This document shows, piece by piece, positions 1-11,261 of a DNA stretch of 64,000 nucleotides (position 1 is its first letter; the number at the start of each line of letters is the position of its first letter). A model generated the notes under the pieces. The model made no database searches. It was given only the letters and a program-made list of their open reading frames with translations, and was not told the DNA's origin. The stretch comes from Tubulanus polymorphus (Eukaryota > Animalia > Nemertea): the NCBI RefSeq assembly GCF_964204645.1, contig NC_134027.1, forward strand, positions 5,612,485 to 5,676,484, read 5' to 3'. The position numbers and the translations under genes are program-made.

Positions 1-188
1 ATTTTGGAAATAACTATATTTTACAATATTTGGTATTTTTTTCATGTAACTAGTGCGAAAGTTTACAAGGTTGAATAATTTTATCTATTTTTTTCCTGCC
101 TAATTTAATACATCGAGATTTTGGAAATAACTATATTTTACAATATTTGGTCTTTTTTCATGTAACTAGTCCGAAAGTTTACAAGGTG
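1..188. repeat. Tandem repeat, ~117-bp period (runs off the window edge)
   Basis: attttggaaataactatattttacaatatttgg...catgtaactagt.cgaaagtttacaagg occurs at 1 and again at ~118 with near identity. Confidence 0.85.
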
Positions 189-479
189 GGAGAATTTTGT
201 CTAACTTTAATTTTTTTGTCATTTTCACCGTTTAAATTTGTCTAATTTTTTAAAGTTTATTGTAGTTTTTCTCGAGTATGCCTGAAATCGAAGTACATAA
301 TTGGGAAATTCGATTCCGGTTCATTCAAACTATCTTCCAATCAGTCTGAAACGGCAAGCTGAAGAAAAGAGCAGAACCTTTTGAGCAGAAAATCCTTTCG
401 AATATCACTGATCATAATTATCATGTCAATTCATATATAAGATCCGCAATGTGGATCGATACGTAGATTTTAATAATAG

Positions 480-3170
480 TCTTAAATGATATTTATGAAA
501 TTCAACTCGTATAGTAATTCATCTATATACTAAATATCTAAGCAATGGTTGATTATTATAGTTTAACAACAATTCAACTCAAGCATCTATAGTCATCTCT
601 AGGAATACCAGAGTTACAACAAATTTAGTAATGCATAATCAATCTTATCAAATCGTTTTTGAACTGTTTTCTCTTCTATCTTCTTGAAATTCTTGATTGT
701 CTTTTATTGAAACGCAGGCCCATCATACAGTGCAAACCTGCTAGTAATATTGGCCTATATATATTTCGATTGTCAGCTAAACCATGTTCGCATTATCAAA
801 TTTACTTCATCGTCAGTTAATAAACTTAAGAGATGTTTTCTACCCACTGATGGCGACATCTGTACCCAGTGAATGGTATTCTAATCCATTTCATTAATTC
901 TAAATATTGCTCCTAATGTATACAATGATTTTGTAATTATGATAATATAACTAACTGAAGAGTGAGTGCGCTTCCAGCATTGAGCACACTGATCCTATAA
1001 GTAACATGGTTCTACAGATTTAAGAAACCTCGAATCATTCCCACAACTCGACAAATCCAGAATTCTGCAAAGCCTTAAAGATTCAATAAATCCCACACGC
1101 AAGAGACAGAGTTAAAACATACCCAGTATTCTTTATATATCAATCAATATTAAATTATACAGTTGTCTTATCAACCCCTATGGTTTAGATTTGAGCACTT
1201 TCACCTTATATCAAGATGCTGAATTAGATACCTAATCAATAAGTTAATTGATAATGTCCTAGCTATAATTGAAATTGTCTCGGACAATATTTTACATGGG
1301 GCTTAACTAACCCAGAATCCCCTAAAACCTAACTGATTCAACAGATCCCACACACAGATATGGCCCAGTTAGACGCAGATGACATTGCGCGATACAGTCG
1401 TCTCATCCACTGTGCAATTTTGAATAAGTTTCACTTATATTCATTACATTGAATTAATTTCAATTAAATTCTAGGTATCTAAGCGAACCATTAATTAGTA
1501 ATCACACAAGCTATGTCAGTTGAACAATATTTATATGGAGCCTGAAAATCTACATGAGTAGAATTTCAGATGTGGTGAATTCGTCACTATTTGAATTCAT
1601 CAGAAATTAAAGATAAAAAAGCATATTTTTAGTGGTAAATTAGAAATTCCCTTAGCCGAATGGCTAAATAATCTTTATTTCCCTTATATAGTACACTGTG
1701 TATAAGGACCAAAAGACCTTGTTATGATCGGACCTCCCTGGTGCGGTGCGAGTCATGATGCTAGAAAATAGTTTGAAGGAGAGGGGTTAGTAAAAGAGAG
1801 CTATTAGCAAGAGGAATAAGACCTAAGTTTAGGATATCCTGTCAGAATAAGGCTTTCAATCTGACATACACAGTGAAATTGAAATATTCCCCCTTCCAAA
1901 TCCAGGAATGTATTTGTGCACAGATTCAATCGGAAGTAAATCTGCGTTAAATGATTTTGGCAATATGTATCAAAACTAATACAGCTGTATGAAGACACCA
2001 TAGGTTCACTTAGATACAGATAAATAAATGTGCTCAGATACACATGTATCAGCTACATTTTAAATGTCCATGGAATTAGAAATAATTTCACATAACAATT
2101 GAATTAACCTTAATCGATCTAAGTAATACATTAATGAGTAATTCATCTTAGATTCTAATTTTTAGTTAAACTATATCTAATATGCGTCACTTGACACACA
2201 GTATGGCTTTTAGATATTAATTGAATCAGTTAGGTTTGAGTAAATTATGCCAATAATGAAAAGCATGGCTAGTCGTCGCAAGCACGGCAGTTGACGATAC
2301 AGAACTGATCAGTCAATAAGACTGATTCACTTATAGATGTGCTCAAATATATTATATATTTCAGCTATATTTCAATAAATATTTATGATATAAAAAGTTT
2401 TTGATCTAACATCAAATATTGAATTCATCTTAATTGTGAATATCTAAGCCATTTTTCCTGGCTGTATGCTATGTCAGTCAAACAACAATTAAAAAATATC
2501 ATGCGTCGCCCAAAACAAGACGCAGTGTTTCAGGAATGAATTAAATCAATTAAAGCTTTGGTTTATTCTGGATTTATCAAAGTGTTGAGACCAAATCACT
2601 GTTTCATAAAGACCCGTAGTCCATAGTTTTCCCCATATAACACCAGACCTCGATAGAGCCCTAGACACTATCTTATGAAATTCATTACTGTTATGTGTGA
2701 GGCAGCACACAGTATATATTGTAAAGTATGGCCTCAATCTTAATAAATTTATCAATATATTATTTGTAAAGAAAAATCTATTAACCGACGATAAAGTTTA
2801 ATTGATATATCTTTAAGTAAAGCCGGCCTAAATGTATATGGGGCCTTGAAATATCTACACCAAAAGAATGTCTCATCAAACATTACAAGATATTGAATGA
2901 TTGCTAATTAGTAAATTGTCCTATCTATATCTTGATTGTCAGTTAAACAATAGTCATATGAGGCCTGAAATATCTACGGTACATTCGAATAATTTCAAAT
3001 GTCACATAAGATATTGAATTTACCTTAATTGTACGTACTTACAAAATCTTTTAATCAATAACTGACCAATCTACATTTTAATTATCAGACCAAAGAATAT
3101 TCAAGGGACCTCACTCAATCATTTCGTCTAATATTGTAAATCTTCAAGCAATCATTGCCTAGCTATATTT
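480..3170. repeat. Degenerate AT-rich repeat array (old satellite or transposon-internal repeats)
   Basis: Recurring blocks 'atattgaatt..ttaatt..atctaag..attagtaa..ct(at)..gtcagttaaacaata..tg(g/a)ggcctgaaatatctac' near 1215, 1447, 2098, 2415, 2889 and 3010; a partial copy at 4830. Confidence 0.6.
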
Positions 3171-3631
3171 CAATTTACTACCGACCACAGAGCTTCAATA
3201 AAGTAGTGCGGAGATGGTGAGCTTGACCAGCGCCTATGCATTCTACCCCAGATATGAAAAATCAACTTAGCTTTATGTATGTATGTATTCCTGTTGCCAT
3301 GCAGGATGAGGTCAAGACTGCCAGGTTCGGTTGCGGCAGGTGTTTGGTGGTACTTCAAGGTGGAGTCTTTTGTGGGCACTTCTGGTGGGCAGATTTTAGA
3401 TGGGCCTTTCCGGATTAACCTGAAATGAGTAAAAGAACGATATTCTGTAGTTACACAATCCTTTCCGTATCACGCATCGTAATTTACATGTGTATCAACT
3501 TAACTTTCAATATTGCTGAGTTCAGTGTTCTTTTTTGGCATCGTCTTCGTTGTAGTCGCCTTCAGCATCTTCTTCTTCATCTTGGGAGTCCTGAAATGAA
3601 AAAAAAGAGAAGAGCGATGAAAACCTGGTAC

Positions 3632-3885
3632 GGAAGAAAACTAATGTCTGAAAGCTTTTCAGCTCTTCGTCGCCGGTCACATGCCGAGAACACCAGACAA
3701 AGAGCCAGCCAGGAATATACTGCCCTCTACACGCCCTCACACAGAACGCGAAAACCAAGATGACCACGCCTTACTTTCACCATTTACCGACAGGGTGTGC
3801 CGGGTGACGTCAGTAACTGAAAAACCTATCAAATTGCCCAAGCCAAAAATAGGGCAGCGCAACTGGATTGCCCGCACTAGCACTC
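3632..3885 (+). mobile_element. Degenerate RTE-clade non-LTR retrotransposon ORF2 C-terminal fragment (left arm of inverted repeat)
   Basis: Translates ...FVAGHMPRTPDKEPARNILPSTRPH..., disrupted upstream; reverse complement of 4180-4430. Confidence 0.55.
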
Positions 3886-4190
3886 AAAGGAAGACAAGAC
3901 TTAGCCCTGCCCGAAGCAACCCACGCGGAATCAATGAATACTAACACGCAAAGGAAGACAGGGAAATTTATCCCTGCCCGAAGCAATCCCTTAAAAGGAA
4001 TCAATGAAAGCTAGCACGCAAGCGATCCCGCAGTGAATCAATGAATCCTAGCACGCAAAGGAAGACAGGAAAATTAATCCCTGCCCGAAGCAATCCCTGA
4101 AAAGGAATCAATGAATGCTAGAACGCAAAGGAAGACAAGACTAAATCTTTGTCCGAAGCAATTCCTGAAAAGGAATCAATGAATACTAGT
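3877..4190. repeat. Tandem array of 5 structured units (periods 64, 70, 37, 70, 68 bp)
   Basis: Units start ctagcacgca(aaggaagac) at 3877, 3941, 4011, 4048 and 4118 and end ...gaatcaatgaa; full units contain two internal hairpins. Confidence 0.9.
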
Positions 4191-4430
4191 AGACAGTCCA
4201 GCTTTACCACTCCACTTTTAACCCGTGCAATCCGACTGACTTGCCCGTCATTGACGACACCAAGCACACTCTATTGATACGTGGGGAGAGTGAGGCCTCG
4301 TCATCCTGGTTTTCATGTTCCGTGTGAGGGCGTGTAGAGGGCAGCCATTTCCTGACCGACTCTTTGTCTGACATCCTCGACACGTGACCGGCGAAGGAGA
4401 GCCGACGCTTTCGGACATTAGTTTTGTTCC
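4180..4430 (-). mobile_element. Degenerate RTE-clade ORF2 C-terminal fragment (right arm of inverted repeat)
   Basis: Translates TNVRKRRLSFAGHVSRMSDKESVRKWL, matching the RTE post-RT motif RRL(R)(W/F)AGHxxR. Confidence 0.6.
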
Positions 4431-6161
4431 AGCAAACGTTGAAATTCGACAGAGAAATCGGCCCTGAAAAATAGAAGGGGTTAAATCCTGAAAAATAGAA
4501 CGGATTAATTAACACGGAACAGTACAGGACAGCACGGAGACGAACAGTAACACATAAAACATAAAGACGTCGTTCCTCAGGAAGCAGGAACAGGAGCAGG
4601 AGCGGGAGCGCAGCAAAGATCGCCAGGAGGAGAATCCACGGTAGCATGTTCACAGTGTGAGTAAGCTGAGGTGAATGGCCTATGCTTGTGTACACCGTGG
4701 TCAGCCGGTGACGTATTCGATAGCGCGTATAAATGATATCAACAACTCTGAAAAACCGCAATTGTGTCTCTATTGTTGAATGGATTTACATTATGAAAGG
4801 TTCCACCGCCGGGTTGAATACGCACCAGTAGTCAGTTGAACAATATAGTGGAGGAACTTTAATAAGGCCAAGAAATAAATTACTTGATTCCCAACAGCTA
4901 CTTCCGAATTTATTAGCCACCGCCTGTTTTTTTATCTTAAATTCTAGAATAATTTATAAATTATACCGACCGATAGCACTTCAGTTAAAGATTCACACCA
5001 ACACAGGTCTTCATATCATAGAAACCGCGTAAACATTTACTAATGAAATTAGTTTATTAGTCACAACTACGAAAGGACAGTTCATGCACCCCGAGATAAC
5101 TAACTCACACCTAGTCAGTAACCTGACTGTGGTTTAGTTTCACGATCGGATATTTTCACAAACCACAGGGTATAAGCTCATCCGATTATAAAAAGCTTAC
5201 CACCAACGATTAGGTAACTAACTAACTCACACCATGCACGAGCAAAGTGGTCTATTTGAGTCATTGGGGGAAAACCCACTAATACCTTGTATTCACGATT
5301 AATCATCATTCATACTGTTATCACAGAATCCCGTCAATAGACAGATTTTCATTTAAAAAAACTCCTTGATTCAATTGAGGGGAGACATATTAGGCTTTTT
5401 TTAATTACTAAGAGCACCGATCCTCTGAAATTCTGCCAAAAACTTCACGCTTACCACTCATAATTTGTAAAAAAAACAAATTGTTTTCTTTAATTTTGAT
5501 ACTGGATTAAACGGTACATCGTCATGTAAATTTAGGAAAGTCCATATTAGAATTTCGTTTCTTGTTCTAATTTACTCTTATCCCATTTTTGATTTTGGTC
5601 AAAGAGTATGGCGGTTTCAAATCATGCGTTCGCTTACACTTCTATGGTACAGGGTCAGTCTGTCCATGAGGATACTAGTTGTGATAAGTCAGACAAGTCA
5701 TGATTAAGCATTAAAGCAATTCACTAAGTGAAAAACTGCCATCTGCCACTTTTTTCCGCATTAAGCGTTAAATTTTGCTTAAGTCTACAAAAATCATATC
5801 ATCATTGATGCCGGTCCTCTGATAGAAGAAAAATAAACTCAGAAGAAAAACCACTCAGTAAATGATAATAATATATTGATCAGTTTATTAATCACAATGC
5901 AATAAAAGTGGTAATTTTCAATTTGCTTCGTCCAAATTCAACGCTCGCTGTTGTAATGTGGTCACATTTCTCTGGTGAAATTAATCCCTTAAGTTCCTAA
6001 TCTTTGTTTCTTGGTGAAATAATGTACGTTCGATCGCCATCAATGACTCTCGCCTTTCTTAATTTCCTGCCACCTGAAATAATAAAAAGAAAGTATTTCT
6101 TAGTGGTTTCTTAGTGGTTTATTATTGAGTCTGTAAAACATTCTTTGAATTTAGAAAATTA

Positions 6162-6230
6162 TACAGCGAAACCTCGTTGCAACGAACTTCAGGGCACCAG
6201 AAAATCTGTTAGTTATAATTCGTTATATCA
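6162..6230 (+). mobile_element. Tc1/mariner (pogo/Tigger-like) MITE end fragment
   Basis: TA followed by cagcgaaacctcgttgcaacgaac, a typical pogo-type TIR start; the other end was not found. Confidence 0.45.
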
Positions 6231-6773
6231 AGTATGGAAATAATTGATATAAATTTTATCTCTCTCTTTCATCTCCTGATATATATTATACATGTAATCT
6301 TCTTTTTTTACACTTGATCCCTTTTCTCCTCTTTATTGTAAAAAGCCAATTAGGGTGCAATAAAGATTAAATTGAATTGAATTCAGCTGAGCTCTCCCAT
6401 ATTGATTTGTTACATCTACATTCAACAACCTTCGCAGGGTGGCTCCACACTGTCAATTTGACGTTCCTTTTAACGAGAACCTTTGGAACCTTTTTGGTTC
6501 TATAAATAAAGAATCCGTATCGCAATCTTTAATTAGTGTCAATGCAAGCAATGAGGATTTCAGTTAGAAATCAGCCGTCCAATCAAATGAATTAAGAACA
6601 ATCGACCGACTGGCAGAGGAGCGGTTGAGGACTGCTCTGCTGACAGCTGAGGAGAGTGATGAGGGAAAGAAGTCACAAGATTCAACAAAGTCAAATAGAA
6701 TAATCAGTAAAGTTGTTGTGTGACGTAGTAACCTATATGGATCATTATTGTGTTTGTGCTGTCTGATAAGAAA

Positions 6774-8793
6774 ATGAATTGGTCGCTATTATTTTGTAAC
6801 CGAACATCAAGTAATGTTTTACTTACTAAATTAAAACGAATTCAAAGATTCTCTAGTCATACCTCGATCCGAGCTATAATGTCATCTACAACGACCATAA
6901 TCGATGGAAATAGTGGTGGAATAAAATCCAAAATTGTGGAAAATCACCTACAAAACAAACTGAAGAAAGACGCTAAGAACATTTTTGAGCGTGCAGTGTA
7001 TCATGTACAACCTAAAGACATGGTCGATAAGGCACTTCACCGCGAAGGAGATTCACTGTTTGTCGAAGGGTATGAGTATGAACTACGCAAGAATGTGTAT
7101 GTTGTTGGTTATGGAAAAGCAGTGCTTGGAATGATCAGAGCAACGGAGAATGTTCTCGGTGATCATATTGCAAAGGGTGTAGCCAGTATACCAGTCGGCC
7201 TTCAGGATGCATTTAAGCTATATGGAAAGAGGTTTGTATGAATCGGACCTATCCTTACTCAGAACCCCAGTTTTGAAGGGTATTTTTATTTTGTGCGGTA
7301 TTTATTCTTTATTTTACAGTGAATTTCTACTGAAAGAGAACACCAAGATACAGATATATGAAGGAGCTGAGAGTAATCTACCGGATCAGAATGCTTACGA
7401 GGCATCAATGCATATCCATCGACTTTGTCAATCATTGTCAGAAAAAGACTTATTAATCGTTCTCATGAGTGGTGAGCATTATATTCTATAGATTTCAGAT
7501 CCGCATCTGGTGATGGGAATTTAGCAATTAATGGGAATTTTGTTTTGCAGGTGGTGGTTCAGCATTATTACCGGCTCCAATACCACCAATCACTTTGGAG
7601 GAGAAAGCCATCGTAACTAGGCTGATGTCTACTAATGGTGCAACCATACAAGAAATAAATACCGTCAGGAAAAATTTGAGTTTACTTAAAGGCGGTGGTC
7701 TTGCTGAAGTTGCGGCTCCAGCCCAGGTTTGTCAAAAATTTTACACTGCATTCATGACATGATTTCTTTTCTGAATTTCCCAGAGTCATCTAAAGTTGAA
7801 ATTAATCTTTTGAATTGTTAGGTTATCAGTTTGATGCTGTCCGACATTATCGGAGATCCGATGGATATGATCGCAAGTGGTCCCACTGTATCCGATACTA
7901 CCACTGCTCAACAATGTTTAGATTTGTTTCGAAAGTTTGGAATCGAAAACCAAGTTCCGGTATCGGTTTTGAAATTCTTGCGAAAAAGAGCGCTGGAGGA
8001 TGATCGAAGGCTGTTGCGAATTCAGAGAGAAGGTTATGACCAGATTAGTGGTGTTAACACGGCTGTATCGACATCAAAACATGATTGCCGCAATGTTCGT
8101 AATATCATTGTCGGTTCGAATAAAATGGCCGTCAAGTCTGCTGTAAATTATGCTCAGCAATTAGGATATTTTTCGGTAACGCTCACTTCCAAGATGTCAG
8201 GAGAGGCGTCGAAGGTTGGCATTTTACTGTCACGTCTGGCAAAATTCGTGGTCTTATGTCGTAGTAATAAAAGGGACGACGGCAATCGAGAGTTGATCAA
8301 ATCGGAAATGGATTTGTTAAAAGTAGGAATGTCGAAGCAAACTATTAATCGTATATCGTGCGCTGTCGCTGAAGCGATTAGTTGTAATCAGCCTTTGTGC
8401 ATAGTTGCTGGAGGTGAAACCACTGTTACTGTTGGAGGCAACGGTAAAGGAGGTCGAAACCAAGAATTGGCGCTCTCCGCTGTTATCGAAATGAATGAAA
8501 TGTTTACAGAACAGTCAACGTTGGACAATTTTTCCGTACAACTGCTCAGCGCGGGCACTGATGGTCAGGATGGACCAACAGAGGCAGCGGGTGCGTTTGC
8601 GGCTCCTCATGTTTATTCTTGCAGTAGGGAAGCTGGTTTGGTTCCCGAAAAATTCCTGAAAGAAAATGATTCTTATAATTTTTTTGCACGAGTAAATGAT
8701 GGCAAAGATCACTATATTATTGATCATACTGGCACAAACGTAATGGATTTACAGATTTTGCTCATAAGTCCAAATGATTTTCGAAAAAAGTAG
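6774..8793 (+). CDS. GLYCTK: Glycerate kinase (class II, DUF4147+MOFRL); exons 6774-7231, 7320-7471, 7551-7726, 7822-8793
   Basis: Motifs VVGYGKA, SGGGSALL, INTVRK, KGGGL, LSDIIGDP, IASGPT, GGETTV, GKGGRNQE, GTDGQDGP and TGTNVMD; three GT-AG introns join the exons in frame (phases 2, 1, 0). Confidence 0.96.
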
Positions 8794-8860
8794 TGATTTT
8801 TGACACGTTAATGTCTCAAATGCATTTGTCTAACAAGTGGACATGGTGTCCCTAGACAAC

Positions 8861-8970
8861 GGGACTCAGTTCCACAGTTGTGAGTTAGAGTTAACTCTGA
8901 GTTAAAGTTAGTTCATTTTCAGTTAACTCAGAGTCAAATCTTAACTCTGTGGAACTGTGGAACTGGACCC
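8861..8970. mobile_element. Palindromic MITE
   Basis: cagttccacag..gagtta..actctgagtta / taactcagagt..taactctgtggaactg; related copy at 62905-62995. Confidence 0.7.
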
Positions 8971-8971
8971 T

Positions 8972-9102
8972 GGGGTCAGTTGCTCAAAAGTTGTTTACAG
9001 TTAACCAGTGGATTGTTGACATAGTGACAATTAAAATTTCATTGTTACTATGGTATCTAACCACCAGTTATCTTTTTAAATAACTTTTGAGCAAACGGCC
9101 CC
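8972..9102. mobile_element. Palindromic MITE abutting the previous one
   Basis: TIRs ggggtcagttgctcaaaagtt / aacttttgagcaaacggcccc; related copy at 16370-16465. Confidence 0.7.
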
Positions 9103-11261
9103 TAGTTGTTGATGATTGTAGTGAACTGATTCTTGATTTTGTGGTGGTGAAGAGAATAAAATGGTAAAATAAAATGATAGAAGCAGTTGACTCTGTCTTT
9201 TCTTTCTCTTTGCTGATCTCTTCTGTGGCGGACTTCATTTGATCCAACATTTTTTGTAGCGAGTCTACTAAATGCTACTTAGTCCTTCTCTTTGGAAAAA
9301 TTTTAAGGCTCTGATTATATCTTCTTCAAGATATTAGATTTTTTTATTTGTCCATCACCATTTTTGAGCTCGGGTGGCTGCCTGGTTGTCATAGTAGTTG
9401 AATTGTCAAAATATAAGTGACTGCAATTGTGACTTGTCTTTTCAAGTGGTACGAATTGAATCTGAGATTCCTCTTATTCATTTGATTGGTCCATACAAAC
9501 GAAGAAACAAAAAGTTTTAAGTAATAATAAAATCATTGTACATGTATTTATTTTTGATTTAACGTGACATTGTCATCAGTTTAATACCACCAATAATAAT
9601 ACTACCGTAATAGAAACAAGAGATATGAAAAACTAGCAGTGTATTTAAGTAGAAGCCTAATAATTCTAACAACTACTTATATTTAGGTTAACTACTGGGG
9701 ACCTACTAAGATCATTGTAACATTTATAAAACAACTGAAAACTCAGTAACCGGGGAGTCTTTAAAACTGACGATATAGGCCTGCAAAGGCCTAGAACCTT
9801 ACTAGTTGCCTATATTAGGCATATAATAAAACACCAAAGAAATCTGTTGAGTTTCAGTTAGTTCAAAACCAAATTACTTGATGGACGGACAAAAAGTGGA
9901 GATTTTCAGAAAATGTCTATATTACTGAATCAATAACGAAAAAAATTCTAATTTCTACTCTTACCGGTAGATAGTCTCTACAGAAGGGAACCTGCATAGA
10001 ACAACACTTCATTAAAACTATCCTCTCATTAGGAGAGAGGATAGCCAGAGTAAAAAAATGGCATTATCACAGATAATTATAAACATCAGAAAATGCCACT
10101 TATTTACTAGTAGAAAAGGTATATTGAAAGAAAAAAGTGTTAGGAAGAGTAGAGGACATATATAGTTTAAAAGCACAAAATATTTGCAAATTTAACAACT
10201 GGATATTTAGTCGGCTTGTCTTTCAGCTAATAGTAGCACTAACTATTCATCTACTTTTGGCTTTCAAAAATCACAGCTTGCGAAAATGTAACATAGATAC
10301 ATTGTTGTACATATAAAGATAAAAACACTGGACCAAGTGGCATATACATGTACATGTAAAATAACAACTATATACATTATTTCAAGTACTAATAGAGATA
10401 ATATCAATATGAAGGCAGAATTGTGAGTGCATAGCTGCCAAAATGATCCAAAACCTGCACACATTATCATTTAGGCACGTTAAGTCGAAGGCAAAAATGT
10501 CAAAGACATGTCAAATTACCGGTTTCAAAGATTCTTGCGTACAATATTTCGAAAAAGAAACGCATTGGAACACTTAACCAGAATTATTCCACAGACAGCA
10601 GTCGGAATGATGAAGTGTAAGAGAGCCTCCCTCGATTAACAAACCAAAATAAACATACAGAACAGAAACTGATGTGAATCGGTGCGCGAACGATACAACG
10701 AAACTATATAAATCAACAGCTGAACTAGAATAAACATTTACATGTAATAAAAAATGATAATAATAATCTCAAATAATCAGTTACAATTACACGCTTGACA
10801 AACTTCAACTGTTACTACATCGTAGATACACGGGGAAGCAGATGGTCCCTGTACAATTGCGATTTTGAGTTATTTCTTAGGTATTCACTTCATGGAAGTC
10901 GTAGTCAAAATATAGTACCCCTGAAACTACTATTAAAACTTGAATTACCGAGACGCATCCTTGTAATGAGGTTGGAAAACTAAACATCTACATGTATCAC
11001 ATTTATTATTTACATTTACGGCACATCTAACACTTATGAAGACATATACATGTAGCACCTAGAAAACCATAATATGCGAAATGGATGGATTCTATCCATA
11101 CAAAGTTGCTAACCATGAATTAAAACATGCAGATTTTGGCACACGTTACACACGCTGCTGTTATAATGTTTATGAATGTTTTCTGGGAATAAAATGCTGT
11201 CAATATGTAAGAAGAGGTGATCATTGTCTGACAATACTGATTTATAAATCCACACGAACCG

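Larger units (their letters stand above)
3632..4430 (-). ncRNA. Candidate long hairpin RNA (hpRNA-like)
   Basis: ~250-bp inverted arms whose transition mismatches are mostly G.U-compatible on the minus strand; minus-strand splice acceptors (ttctatttttcag at 4464 and 4488) lie just upstream. Confidence 0.5.

Noticed and set aside
3425-4004. Overlapping ORFs 3425-3763, 3681-3944 and 3810-4004 as genes
   Set aside because: Explained by the degenerate retroelement arm and tandem repeat; no coherent protein
3877-4190. CRISPR-like or hammerhead interpretation of the tandem array
   Set aside because: Eukaryotic context, no unique spacers, no cas genes, and no CUGAnGA/GAAA core on either strand
9068-9440. 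Minus-strand K/E-rich coding-looking stretch
   Set aside because: Interrupted by stops, no recognisable homology, and runs into a MITE
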